Source: Octopus vulgaris (lineage: Eukaryota). Taken from it: DNA of 64,000 nucleotides. The notes beneath the pieces were generated by a model. The model was not told the origin of the DNA. It worked only from the letters and a program-made list of their open reading frames with translations, and did not search any database. A program made the position numbers and the translations under genes. This document shows positions 50,565 to 63,867 of this stretch, in pieces. The stretch spans positions 14,694,001 to 14,758,000 of the forward strand of contig OX597820.1 in assembly GCA_951406725.2 (NCBI GenBank), given 5' to 3'. Each line of letters begins with the position of its first letter. Within the stretch, counting starts at the first letter, position 1.

Positions 50565-51419
50565 AAAATATTCGGTAGTTTTTGGTTATCTCACCCCCAT
50601 TAAAAAATTTGATTATCTCCCCAAGTTTTATGAGAGATATCAGTACTTTTGGTTATTCCCCTCATCTCAAAAAAATGTTTAATCCCCAATAAAGCGAAAA
50701 AACAAAAGTGAAATGATGAAACATTTTACTGAATCTGACAACCTTTTTATAACAAATCATACCATGCCTATTGAGGAGGCCAAACGTCAACAATGTGTCG
50801 GGAGTATTGAATCACAAGGATCTAACTCTTTTAACCCTTTTGTTACCAAACTGGCTGAAACTGCCTCTGGCTCTGTAGTACAAATGTCTTTTCAAAAGTT
50901 CTGAATTAAAATCTTCCACCAAACCTTAGTCAAAATTTATGTTCCTGACCCTAGCATAAATATAACTATTATTTTACTAAATTCTTTGTTATATCTAAAA
51001 TAATTAAGAGAAGCACAGAGCATCTCAACAGAAATATGGTAACAAAAGGGTTAAATTATATAATAGAGAAACAATTTTCTTAACCCTTTTGATACCAACC
51101 CAGCTGAAACCACCTCTGGCTCTGTGGTACAAATGTTTTGTTTTCAAAAGTTTTGAATAAAAATCTTCCACCAAACCTTAGTCACAATTTATGTTCTTAA
51201 CACAAGCTTAATGATAGCTAAATTACTTTACTAAATTCTTTGTTATATTTAAAATTAATCAAAAGAAATTCAGAGCATCTCAACAGAAATATGGTTACAA
51301 AAGGGTTAATCCAATCTCTTGTCGCCACATTAACTCAATTTTTTAGTAAGGAGGTAACCCAGTTTTTTAATGGCAATTTTTTAATGGGGGTGAGATAACC
51401 AAAAAATACCAAATATTTT
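50565..51419. mobile_element. Non-autonomous DNA transposon with 45-bp TIRs, hosting a MITE dimer
   Basis: 50565-50609 is the reverse complement of 51375-51419 with 2 mismatches. Confidence 0.8.
50831..51309. mobile_element. Family A MITE head-to-tail dimer
   Basis: Units 50831-51054 and 51080-51309, separated by a 25-bp spacer. Confidence 0.9.
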
Positions 51420-51803
51420 GTGTATTGTTGAAGTCTAACCAATTTATTACACATAAAGTTCAACAACAAAATCTTATATGGATCCTGGTTGAGAACCACC
51501 TGTGTTACAAAGTTTGCAGGCCCTGCCTTCTTCCTTGGCTGACTAATTCAGAATGCTATGTTTTTATGGCTTTCAGTTTAGGCATCTCTTTTGGAAAGGT
51601 AGTCAGCTGTAAAGGAGAGCCTATGCATAGATATGTTCGGTTTTATTACATTCATTTGTGAACAATAACTTCATTTAAACTCAGAGAGATCTAATGGGCA
51701 AACAACTGGGTTACTACCTTTTCAATCTATGAAATGACAAGGAGGTATTTATGAACATCAGTAGCTCACATGTCCTCGTCTAGTTGTACGCCAAGGCCAC
51801 TGC

Positions 51804-52027
51804 TTAACCTTTTAGCATCCAGATTCCTCTCTTGAATATAATGCGCATATATTCACATTATTTTGAATTAATTGCGCATTATCTCACAGCTCAAAGATTT
51901 CAGCGATGTGATTGTTTAATTTCTAGAACAACAGTGTCAGATAGGTGTGTGAGACATTGGCTGGCTTGAACATAAACTGGTAGAATATTTAGGCCGGGTG
52001 TGGCTGGTTTAATTACCAAAGGGTTAA
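51804..52027. mobile_element. Family B MITE
   Basis: TTAA-CCTTTTAGCAT...AAAGGG-TTAA. Confidence 0.82.
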
Positions 52028-52063
52028 GCTGACTATTTCTGCGTATATTACAAGATGTTCATA

Positions 52064-52468
52064 AGGCAGCGAGCTGGCAGAATTGCTAGCACGCTGGATG
52101 AAATGCTTAGTGGTATTTTGCCTGTTGCTATGTTCTGAGTTCAAATTCCGCCGAGGTCGACCTTGCCTTTCATCCTTTCGGGTTTGATTAAATAAGTACC
52201 AGTTATGCACTGGGGTCAATATAATCGACTTAATCCATTTGTCTGTCCTTGTTTGTTCCCTCTGTGTTTAGCCCCTTGTGGGTAGTAAAGAAATAGGTAT
52301 TTCGCCTGTTGCTACATTCTGAGTTCAAATTCTGCTGGGGCCAACTTTGCATTTCATCTTTTTGGGGCTCGATGGATTAAGTACCAGCTACACACTGGGG
52401 TCTATGTAATTAACTAGTTCCCTCTCCTCAAATTTCAGGCTTTGTGCCTATAGTAGAAAGGATTATAT
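52064..52468 (+). mobile_element. Family M SINE with duplicated body
   Basis: The ggtattt(t/c)gcctgttgcta...core block occurs twice, with two different 3' tails. Confidence 0.85.
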
Positions 52469-53519
52469 AGCATTCATTTACATGTTATAGTCATTAGTAT
52501 ACAGGTTCATCATCATCATTGTTTCAATATCCGCTTTTCCATACTTGCATGGGTTGGACAGAATTTGCTGAGGCCGATTCCTATTACTAACCCTCACTTT
52601 TTCCTAAGTAAAGTAATATTTCTCCATGTCCTGCTTAAGTTTGCAAGGAAGACTGGAAACAGAGGGCACTGCTTGCATGATGGTGGCACTCGTTTACGAC
52701 TGTCCTATGAAGTGAAGACAAAGAAACAACACACACACACCTATCTCCTTTTCACTCTCTTGCGCTCTCTCTGTATATATATATATAGGATGAGACAAGA
52801 ACGCAAAGCATCCAGACAGATGATACAAAATACAAGGGCGGGTCATTTGGAGTTTTCTTTCTTCAGTCATGTTCCAGATTATCTTTGCAATTTCGACTGG
52901 TTAATATATATGTGTGTGTGAGTGTGTGTGTATTCACACACATAATGACAAGCTTCTTTCAGTTTCTGTCTAGCAAATCCACTCACAAAGCTTGGACATC
53001 CTGGGGCACTTGCCCAGGTGCCGCCACACAGTGTGACTGAACCTGAAACCATGTAAATTGGAAGCAAGCATCTTACCCACCCTCTACACACACACATGCA
53101 AGATGTGTCACTAATGTGGTGGTGGTGGTGGTGTGTGTATGTGGTGGGGTCTGGTATTATTTGAGAACCCCAGGCTTCAGGCCTCCATCTTGCCTGAGTG
53201 TAAAGCAGGATTGCTACAACAAAACCCAGCCTCAGTCCTGTGGTGGTGGCCAGCCATAATAGAACGTCCTAACTTCACACTTCTTCTTTCCTCTCTGTTT
53301 GTTGCTCGTTCCACTTCCACAACCTGTCTTTATTCTACATTTGTCTTCTGTTACTTGTCCTTTTGTTTAGATGTTTGCTATTTGGAATGTGTGTGTGTGT
53401 GTCTGTGTGTGTGCGCGCATGCATACGTGTGTGTGTGTAAATAGAGATCAGTCATATACTTGTAGCGCTATCATTTAATCTAGCTACTTCTGTTTGTCTC
53501 TCTCTCTCACTCTCTCTCT

Positions 53520-53692
53520 GTATATGTATGTGTGTGTGTGTCTATATATATGTGTGTGTGTATGTTTGCGTGTGTCTATGTATATAGGTATGTATGTTTG
53601 TGTGTATGTATATATATATATGTGTGTGTGTGTCTATATGTATTTAAGTGTGTATGCATACATGTGTGTGTATGTGTCTATGTTTGTGTGTG

Positions 53693-53727
<35 letters not shown>

Positions 53728-54045
53728 CTATGTGTGTGTGTGTGTCTATATGTGTGTGTGTGTGTGTGTGTCTATATGTATGTGTGTGTGTGTCTATATG
53801 TATGTATGTGTGTGTGTGTCTATATGTATGTGTGTGTGTGTGTCTATATGTGTGTGTGTGTGTGTGTCTATATGTGTGTGTGTGTGTGTGTGTCTATATG
53901 TATATGTGTGTGTGTGTGTGTTTGTGTATATGTCTATGCATGTGTATATGTATATATATATATATGTCTGTGTCTATATGTATATATATATGTGTGTGTG
54001 TGTATGTATATAAGTGTGTTTGTGTATATGTGTGTGTGTGTGATT
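53520..54045. repeat. (TG)/(TA) compound microsatellite
   Basis: Directly visible in the sequence. Confidence 0.95.
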
Positions 54046-54547
54046 GGGCTATGTGGCTTTCCATTTATCTCTATATATTTATCTAATTTGTTTGTTTATT
54101 TATTCATGTAACTCTATTCGCCCAACACCATTGTCTATGTTTCATAGTATGAAGATAAATTCATTTGGACTCAATTGCATATACATGTGTGTGTGTGTGT
54201 GTTGGTTGGTTGGTTGGTTGGTATATACAGCAAAGAATCCTACAGAGACCTCCATAAAACATGATTAATGGAAAGGTGTATGAATTCGCTTTGATCTTCT
54301 CAGTATCCAGAGTGGAGGTAGCCACAGGCATAAACTTGGTTGGCACTGACAGTTGGTTCCAGGCTGTAAGTGTAGTAACCATCGCTGTTGAAACAGACAA
54401 ATGCCATCTGGGCTTTCAATGAGCTCTTGTAAAGGAGGAGGCTGGAAGAGGAATGGTGTGAGGGGTTGGTTTCTGTGAAGCTTGAATGTCTGTAGTAGTT
54501 TTGCTTGGATTATTTGTAATCAGTAGTGTTCCTTTGTTAACGAGTAA

Positions 54548-54880
54548 TACGAGGGGCTGCTGAAAAGTGCCTGGCTTTGAGGGTATAACGAAAGGCCTAG
54601 TTGGAGGTCTAACCATCTGTCCCATGGAAAAATAGCCATTAAAACAATGATGATGCTGATGATAATTAGGTAAAATATGAGAAGATTTGGCTGCTATTTC
54701 TTTGAGCAAGTTGAACAACAAAATGGGGGCTCCCTTCCTGACTTTACGAGGGGTTGCTGAAAAGTTCCTGGTTTTAAGGGTATTGCAAAAGGCTTGGACA
54801 GAGGCCCCACCCTCCAGCCCTTGAAAAAATGGTCATTAAAACAGTGATGATGATAATGGTATGGTAAAATATGGCCTTTC
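54548..54880 (+). mobile_element. Direct duplication (~197-bp unit) starting with a mariner-like end
   Basis: TACGAGGGG(C/T)TGCTGAAAAGT at 54548 and 54745, with collinear downstream sequence. Confidence 0.65.
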
Positions 54881-55268
54881 ACAACTACCCTGCAATGTCA
54901 TTCTAAAAATTAACAATCACATCATTCAATTCTCAAGCCCCACCTTGTGCCCAGTTAGCACTACCCCTGGTATCACTGCTCCAGCTGGGGCTCACACCTG
55001 CTGATCCACAGCCACCTTGATATAACCTCTGCTGTCAGCATAACCAACTCGTTGGCCCTCCGCCACCATCACCATTTAACATCTGTCTTCCACGCTGGCA
55101 TAAGTAGGTCCTTGTGTATATATATATGTGTGTGTGTGTGTGTGTACGTGTTTGTGTCTGTGTGTGTATATATATAAGTATGTATCTTTGTGTGTGTATA
55201 TATGTGTATGAGTGTGTGCGTGTTTGTATCTGTGTGTGTATATATATATGTATGTATCTTGTGTGTAT

Positions 55269-55320
<52 letters not shown>

Positions 55321-55330
55321 CATACATACA

Positions 55331-55361
<31 letters not shown>

Positions 55362-55647
55362 CATATACATATAATAGTCAGGGGAAATTAATGAAAGCAA
55401 GTAGAACCAATATCACCGCTAATGCCAAAGTTTAAATAAAAACTGAACAACTGAAAGAATTCTCTGCTCAACTTTTATAAAGACTTGCTGACAACTTTCA
55501 GTTGCAATTACTCTAAATTACTGAATATACTTCTGACTTTCTGCTCACTGTGTTTATAGAAATCTAAGATTGCTAATGATGACGCTTGTGTTTCAGAAAC
55601 GGAGATGGGATTAATAGATGAAAAGCTAGGGAAAGCGATAGATAAAC

Positions 55648-55695
<48 letters not shown>

Positions 55696-55697
<2 letters not shown>

Positions 55698-55791
55698 TAT
55701 AATGCTCAGGAATAGAAAAAGTCTTTTACGTTTCGAGCCTATGCTCTTCTACAGAAAGGGACACAGAAAAAACAAGGCGAGATAGATAGAT

Positions 55792-55846
<55 letters not shown>

Positions 55847-55930
55847 TATAATGCTCAGGAATAGAAAAAGTCTTTTACGTTTTGAGCCTATGCTCTTCTA
55901 CAGAAAGGGACACAGAAAAAACAAGGCGAG
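55696..55930 (-). ncRNA. Two tandem copies of an 86-bp Penelope-type unit carrying a minimal hammerhead-like motif
   Basis: Minus strand: cttt-CTGTAGA-A-GAGC-atag-GCTC-GAAACGTA-aaag. Period 149 bp, embedded in (GATA)n. Confidence 0.6.
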
Positions 55931-56316
55931 ATAGATAGATTAGATAGATAGATAGATAGATAGAAATAGATAGATGATAGATAGATAGATAGATACATAC
56001 ATACATACATAGATAAAGGGTAATGTTCTGCTTTTACTGTATCTAAGAAAGACAGGGATATAAGTGGATAGGTAGCGTGTGGAAGAGAGAGAGAGAGAGA
56101 AGAGATGAGGATGATAACTTTCTTTTCATTTTCTTTTAGTTTTAAGTACCAAAAGTGTTAAACAAACTGTATTGTGATCTAACCTGGACAGATAAAGTGT
56201 GGCAGCAGAATCGGTGTGTTGTAGTGAGAAGTGGGTGGTTGGGATAGATGGATGGATGGATGGATGGATGGACAAGGTAGTTACTTAGGTATTAGTTGTA
56301 GGCAAAGTGTTGATTA

Positions 56317-56330
56317 GTAACCATGGCAAC
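56317..56330. promoter_or_regulatory. RFX X-box-like palindrome
   Basis: GTAACCATGGCAAC fits GTHNYY-AT-RRNAAC and lies in non-repeat sequence. Confidence 0.35.
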
Positions 56331-57639
56331 TTTGATAGATTTCTCTCTTCAAAAGAAAGGCTATTAGCTGCGATCTTTCTGATTTTTCAATGAAGAATTT
56401 ATCACAGCAATCTTTTGTCTACATGTAGTGGGTTGGTGTCAAGAATGTATTTCACAGTTGTTTTATCTTTCGGATTTCTTTCTCAAACTTCTCTTTCTCT
56501 CTCCTCCTCCTCTCTATCTCTCCTTCTTCTCTTATTTTTACTTCGGAGAGAGGGGTGATAGCATGAATAAATAGATTAAAATCAGCAGAAAGAAAGAATT
56601 TCTTCTGATGCAATCTCATTCTTGGCATTGTCTATTAACCAATGAAAGAGCTAAGAGATTTTCGCTTTTGTTCAAATCTAAATTTTCTTGGTCTTTTAAC
56701 CTCAGTGAAGTGTGATGATAATTGATTTGGTTATATTTCTATCAGACACTTCCCTCATTGACATTGCTCTTTATCATTGAACTCTCTTTCTTTCTTTCTT
56801 TCCTTCCTTCCTTCCATTCATCTAGTTCTCTTTCATTCCAGCCATCTTTCTCTCATTCGTTCCATCTTTCCTGTCATCTTTTGTTCGGTTTGTGTGTATC
56901 TCCTTGTCCCATTTTTGTCTCTCGTTTCTTCTCTCTTTCATTGTTACTGTCTCCGTCCGTCCGTCCGTCTGTCCGTCTGCCTATCTCTGCCTCTCTGTCT
57001 CTCCGTCTCATTCCATTTATCTCTCTGTCTTTCTTTCATTGTGTTTCATTGACTCTCTCTTTTATTCCATCCTTCTGTCTGTGTCTCATTCCATACACAC
57101 ACAAACACACACACATATATTTGTGTGTGGATAGATAGATAGATACCTTTTATTCATTTTGTCCTTTTCCTCTGCATTCTGTCTGTTCTCTCTTTTGTTC
57201 AACATTCTTACTTAGTTGCTACAAACTTTCAATTGTACAATACTTTGTCTTTAATTCTGTCTTGGGTGATTTGAAATTAAAATGCTCTTCCTTATTTATA
57301 TCCATCGTCATATTACATGCATACACACACAAAGACACTCTTGAATATGTGCATATCTAATGATTGTGCACTGTGCACACATGCATATAAGCCCCTTGTT
57401 TAACCAAGACAGCAAACTGTATCTTCAGCTGAAACTAGCATCAAATACTGTTTAGAATTTTAAATCTGCAAAGATGCTTGTTAGTCTGTAATGTTAAAGT
57501 TTAAAAACACTTTCCTAATGGCTCACCTGTAGTGGCTAATCAAACAATGGAAAGGTGTAGATTAACATCTAGAGTCAACCAGAGTGTCCACGTGATCCAC
57601 CACAGGGTCATGGTTATGTTTGCAAAACCCACTCAACTC

Positions 57640-57875
57640 ACCAATTAGCTGTGGGTAAAAATATGCAATATGTCTGATCCTTGCCTCGCAGAAGAAATTT
57701 TTTGAATATTGTGGCACTCATAATGAGAATTAATTAAAATTTCATATTGGAACCTTGGGACAAGATGAGAATTGAAGATTGACAGCCAATGGGTTAATCT
57801 GGATTTTTCATTATGATTTTGATGATAGTCATTTTCTGTTGGGCATCCACAGGTGTGGCCATTGACTAGCAGCAA
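57640..57875 (-). pseudogene. Possible Helitron Rep-domain relic
   Basis: GCPT...FNSHLVP...HYECHNIQKISS..QGSD resembles Helitron GYP.Y...DN..VVPYN...Y.CHINVE..SS...KG.D. Confidence 0.35.
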
Positions 57876-58183
57876 GTTGTCCTATAATAACATCCACTTC
57901 ATGTCATGCAATAAGTATTTCTTTGAATCTTCATTCGGCCAGTAGAACTTTCAGCTTCTGTGCATTCTTTCTTCAGATTGTGCTGGGTCTGTGAGTCTGT
58001 CTAGGAGTGAGAAAAAAGACAGAGATAGGAGACAGCATGCCTGTGGGTCAGAGGTCGAAGTGTGTCTGTTTGTGATGGGATGCTAGTCAACTAAGCAGTG
58101 CTTCTCTTAATGCAGTCCAAGACATCAGTGTACAGAGCAGCTGCACCATCCCAGATATGAGTCCAGTATTCCATTGTGTTCCT

Positions 58184-58249
58184 CTTTTGGGGCTTGTAAG
58201 AGTGTCAGCACCTGTTGGGAGGAGCTGACATGTCTTCTGGCCCCTAAAG
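58184..58249 (+). ncRNA. Pre-miRNA-like hairpin
   Basis: 26 pairs in 66 nt by manual folding, with a 6-nt loop, in non-repeat sequence. Confidence 0.4.
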
Positions 58250-58409
58250 TGAAGGTTCTTGTAAGTCTCTTTTACAATGTCACTAACCTAGCTATTTATC
58301 CAGAGACAGGCTTCTACAGCTGTTAATGGCACTCACCTTGTGGAAGCGAGAGGGGGGGATGGTTACCAGGAGTGTGATGTACAGAATACTTGTTCTCATC
58401 TCAGGGTGG

Positions 58410-58444
<35 letters not shown>

Positions 58445-58947
58445 TGAGTGGTAGAGGTGGTTGGTTGAGTATGTAGTGAAAAGCATCCACTCTGGTTGTT
58501 TTTGACTTGATCAGTCAGAGATAATATTAAAACTTAAAAAAAACAACAAAGGAAAAGAGAAAATTATAAATAAATAAATAACAACAACAGCAACAATAAT
58601 AATGATGTTAGGAGATAATAATCTCAGCTATTTTATTCTTTCCACTCTTTCAGGGAATCCTTAAAATAGTTTTCTCCCCATTCACCCAGTCCCCTTATGT
58701 ATTTGCCATTTGTGGGCTCTTACAGGCTGTATATAACAATTACTTTGTGGTTTTTATAAGCTCTTGTGTGTAGAGAGGTATTTTTTTTCCTGTTTTTTTT
58801 CCCTCCTTTTTCTCTTGTTTCTTTCATTAGTCATATTATTTGATGGTATTAAGGCCCCTACTTTTTTCATACCCCAAAAAGTGTTCCAAAAAAGCCAAAA
58901 AAATGACTTCAGGTTCTTTATATGAAACCAGGCCTATTTTGCATACT

Positions 58948-59179
58948 TTAACCCTTTTGTTACCAACTTGGCTGAAACCAGCTCTGGCTTTGTAATACAA
59001 ATGTCTTGTTTTCATAAGTTTTGAATGATAATCTTCCACCAAACCTTACTCTCAATTTATGTTCCTAACGCTACCTTAATGATAACTGTAAATTATTTTA
59101 CTAAATTCTTTGTTATATTTAAAATTATTTGAAAGAAACACAGATCATCTCAAAATAAATTCAGTAACGAAAGGGTTAA
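58948..59179. mobile_element. Family A MITE, monomer
   Basis: TTAA-CCCTTTTGTTAC...GTAACGAAAGGG-TTAA. Confidence 0.9.
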
Positions 59180-59181
59180 AA

Positions 59182-59400
59182 AGGTGGCAAGCTGGTAGAA
59201 TCGTTAGCCTGCCACACAAAATGCTTGGCAGCATTTTGTCCGTCATCACATTCTGAGTTCAAATTTCGCCAAGGTCAACTTTGCATTTCATCCTGTGGAG
59301 ATAGATAAAATAAGTACGAGTTATGTACTGGGGGCCAAAATAATCAACTTACCCCCTCCCATGAAATTGCTGGCCTTGTGCTAGAATTTGAAACCGATAT
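59182..59400 (+). mobile_element. Family M SINE
   Basis: Head, core and tail are present. Confidence 0.85.
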
Positions 59401-59475
59401 TACATTCTTGCTTGTTGATATATTTATCCATTATTGGCCATAGTAATAATTTAGATAAAATACACATCTTTATAT

Positions 59476-59860
59476 ACTCTTTTACTTGTTTCAGTCACTT
59501 GACTGCAGCCATGCTGGAGCACTGCTTTTAGTCGAGCAAATCAACCCCAGGACTTATTCTTTGTAAGCTTGGTACTTATTCTAACGGTCTCTTTTGCCAA
59601 ACCTCTAAGTTACAAGGACGTAAACAAGCTAACACCTGTTGTCAAGCAGTGGTGAGGACTAACACGTGCGCACACACACATAGAAACACACATACACGGC
59701 AGGCTTCTTTGAGTTTTCATCTACCAAATCCACTCACAAAGCTTTAGTTAGCTTGAAACTATAGGAAAAAACACTTTCCCAGGATGCCATGCAGTGGGAC
59801 TGAACCCTGAACCATGTGGTCAGGAAGCAAGCTTCTCACCACACAATTACACCTACGCCT
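59476..59860 (-). mobile_element. Family O SINE, full length
   Basis: Reverse complement of the 50132 copy. Confidence 0.85.
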
Positions 59861-61620
59861 ATACAGATTCCATTTTGGTCTTCTTGTTCCAGTGCTCATC
59901 AAACCTTTCACTAATACTCCAAGCTGTCTCAGTTGGGTTTTCCCATGATCTTTCTAGACATCTCAAACATTCCACTGTATTTCCTCTCTTGCAACTGATC
60001 TGTGGGTTTGTGACACACATATCACACCTTGTTTTGCAGGTGTACTTGTCAAAATAGCAAGACTATAGACGACTGATTTAATGGAGTGACCTGTTTTTGT
60101 CTATGACTGATACTCAGATCAGTTTCTTGGGCTGGGTTTTCCTAAATCTGTTAATTATTTCACTACTGGGCATGTAATGAAACCTGCACAATTATCCTAT
60201 CAGATTCATCGTTATTGTACTTTGTACTCTTCCAAAATAATATAAAACTGAGGGTTTACTCTATATTTTCTTTTCTTGTATTGAGTTCTTTCTTTTGTTT
60301 TTTTCGCCTCTGAATTGTTTATACTGATGTATATTTCTATCTTATGCCTGTGTGTGTCTATATGTGTATACCCACTTGCTAACACATGCAAGGGACACTG
60401 AACATCAACCTATTAACTTTCATTTTACTTACTCTCTTACTATCACTTACTCACTCTTTTATTTGTCTTCTGACAGCTCTTGCTACTTCCTCACAGTTTC
60501 CTTTCCATGAAAGCAAATAGCAACATATAACTAGTATATGGATGAATTATCTTTTGGTTTCCTTTCTTTTTTTCAAGGCTTATCTGAATTGATTTGTTTT
60601 TTTTGTTTTTCTCTTAATATTTTGTGGGTCATACAAAATACCCCCAGGGTTTCAGTTGTGTCTATCAAATCTCATTCAGGCTGTCTGTTTCTTTTGGGTT
60701 TTTTTATGGGGTTGGCACAGTAAACTCTAGACAACAAACTGGGTCAATATGAATGGCTGAAAGCCCTTGAAGGTGCTGCCTTTGGCACAGCTGCAATCAA
60801 ATGACTGAAATCCACAAAGAAACGACAGAATATCTTAAGCCATTATCAATACTTTTTAACATTTAATTTTCCATGCCTGCATGGGTTGGAAGGAGTTTAA
60901 ATAAGATAGATTATTTTTACAACCAGATGCCCTTCCTGTTGCCAACCCTCACCTCTTCCATTGCAAGACATGTTCTCACCGAGTATTTAGTAGAAATAAC
61001 AAGACTGCTTGTATGACAGTGACACTCATTTACAACTAACATGCCATCTCAAGAGATGGAGACAAACAAACACACACATATGTTGGGCTTCTTTCAGTTT
61101 CCATCTATCAAATCCACTTACAAGGATTTTGTTGGCCTAGGGCTATATTAGAAGACAGTTGCCTGTAGTCCTAAACTTGCCCATGGTGCCACACATGCCC
61201 CTATAGTGATGCCTGTTCCATCATGTAGGAGTAAAATTTGTTTGTCACTGTATTTAGACCCCTGTGGCAGGCTGAATTGTGTGCTTGCCCGGAGGTAGTT
61301 TGTAATGGCTGTTGTCATGGCTGACTCTGGCAAGTTATCCACCGTCCTACCCTCTCAGCTATTATTTATATTTCTCCATACCATAAAGATAGATATATCT
61401 ACAAGTGCATGGAACATGTGTGTGATAGAATAAGTACTGCTGGCGTGACATTGTTTGACTAAAAACCTTCAAGGTGGTGCCCCAGTATGGCCACAGTCTA
61501 AGGACAGAGATGACATGTAATTTCACATATATTCACAGAGCTACGCAGCAAAGGATCGCAATATAAATAGATTCCACAATACAAGCATAGCCCAACCCAT
61601 GCCTGCATGGAAGACATGCA

Positions 61621-61655
<35 letters not shown>

Positions 61656-62077
61656 ATGATGAAGCATACACATATGCTCATACACACACACACGCTTACA
61701 TTATCAGTGTATATTTATATATAAAGATATCATTTATTGGTTCATTTCTCAAAAGCCATTCTATTTTAATTTCTGGCTTTCCAAATGCTTTTAATGTAGA
61801 GAGTTCCTTTGTTGGTTTGCTTGATACATAGCATTTGTTTTTGATGTTACGTGACCTTTTCTCTGCATGTGAGTGTGTGTGTTGTACATATGTATGTGTG
61901 CATGTGTGTGTGTGTGTGTGTGTATCATTTAACATCCATGTTCCATCAAGCATAAATTGGACTCTGTGTGTATTGTGTGCATATGTATGTGCACATGCGT
62001 GTGTGTGTCTGTGAGTATCATTTAACATCCATGTTCCATAGAAACATAAATCGGATGATATATATATATATATATAT

Positions 62078-62468
62078 CATCATCATCATCATCATCGTTT
62101 AATGTCTGCTTTCCATGCTAGCATGGGTTGGACGATTTGACTTAAGGACTGGCGAACCAGATGGCTGCACAAATCTCCAATCTGATCTGGCAGAGTTTCT
62201 ACAGCTGGATGCCCTTCCTAATGCCAACCACTCCGAGAGTGTAGTGGGTGCTTTTACGTGCCAGTCAGGCAGTACTGACAACAGCTACGCTCAAATGGTG
62301 CTTTTTATGTACCACCTGCACAGGAGCCAGTCCAGTGGCACTGGCAACGACCTCGCTCAAATGTTTTTTTCACATGCCACCGGCACAAGTGCCAGTAATG
62401 CGACGCTGGTAATGATCACCTTCATTCGAATGATGCTTTTTATGTGCCACCACCACGGAAGCCAGTTA
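62078..62468 (-). mobile_element. Family R element with VNTR
   Basis: Closely similar to the 44921 copy. Confidence 0.88.
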
Positions 62469-62571
62469 TGTATGTATGTATGTATATATATATATATATA
62501 GGTGTGTGTGTGTGTGTGTGTATGCGTGCATATCTGAGTGTATGTATGTATAATATCTACATGTGTGTTTG

Positions 62572-62867
62572 CATAGGGTAATTATCAAAAGTGATTAGTA
62601 TTGACATAAACGGGGCTTTAGTAATTACAATTTTTCAGCCTATCCTTTGTACGTCTTTCCTCCTGCTTTCTAATGCCCATCTTGTGTGCCTATATGTATG
62701 AAACCATATTCTAGGACTTTGAACAACAGAATTAGTGCAACAAAATCCAAATAATGCAAACTCGTGACACAATTTATTCCCAGACACACAGCTATTTCCT
62801 TGTATTCCATTTCGGCTTTGGCCAGTCCCTTGGCAACTCTGCTGCTCCATGTTAACCTTGGAGTCAT
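62572..62867 (-). pseudogene. Possible Tc1/mariner transposase N-terminal HTH relic
   Basis: MTPRLT(MEQQ)RVAKGLAKAEMEYKEIAVCLGI resembles MPRL..EQR..AIG.L.AGMS..EIA..LG. A TIR-like catagggtaattatcaaaagt lies at 62572. Confidence 0.35.
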
Positions 62868-63357
62868 TTGGGTTAATTAGCCATTAGCGGATGTCTCTGT
62901 TCCTACAAGAAGAAACAACTGAGTTTGTTTGGTGTAGTGATTCTCAACCAGGGTCCATTCTCTTATCGTTTTATTTGTTTCAGTCATTTGACTGTGGCCA
63001 GGCTGGAGCACCGCTTTTAGACGAACAGATCGACCCCTGGGACTTATTCTTTGTAAGCCTAGTACTTACTCCTCTATCAGTCTCTTTTTGCTGAACTGCT
63101 AATTTATGGGCCCTTCCTCATGCCAACTACTCTGAGAGTGTAATGGATGCTTTTACGTGCCACTGGCACGGGTGCCACTTTCATGACACCAGGATGCTTT
63201 TACATGCCAATTTGCATCACATCGGTATCTGCTACGACTGTGATTTTGTTCAGCTTGTAGGTCTTCTTCAAGCATGATATAATGCCAAAGGTCTCAGTCT
63301 TTACCTCCATGAGACCTAACACTCACAAAACTTTCATCATATTTTCATCAAATTGCT

Positions 63358-63392
<35 letters not shown>

Positions 63393-63867
63393 TGTTTTTA
63401 ACATCCACTTTTTCTTGCTTGCATGGATTGGAGAGAGAGCTTACTGAGACAAATTTTCTAATTTTCTATGGCTGGATGCCTTTTCTCTCATCAGCCCTCA
63501 CCTGTTTCCAAGCAAAGTAGTATTTCCCCATGGTCAGACATGCTTCCAGAGAATAACCAAAATGGATGACACTATTAGTTAATGTCATCCTTTTACATCT
63601 AGTCAAACAGCATCCAAAAGAAGGCAACACAAATATACACACAAAGGAAGAGTATAGTTTGTGCACCATGAATTTTGATGGGTACTTTGAATATCATCTT
63701 AGATACCTGTATGAAACTAGGGTACATGCATGCACACACACATACACACATGAGGTCATATGTGCAAAACAAGGTGAGGAAAATACCACTAGACTACCAA
63801 ACGTAAGGCAAAATACTATTTTATTAACCCTTTCATTACCAATTTTACAGGAAGAGGGAATAGCCAT

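Noticed and set aside
53494-54111. Cys/Val/Tyr-rich ORFs
   Set aside because: Translations of (TG)/(TA) repeats.
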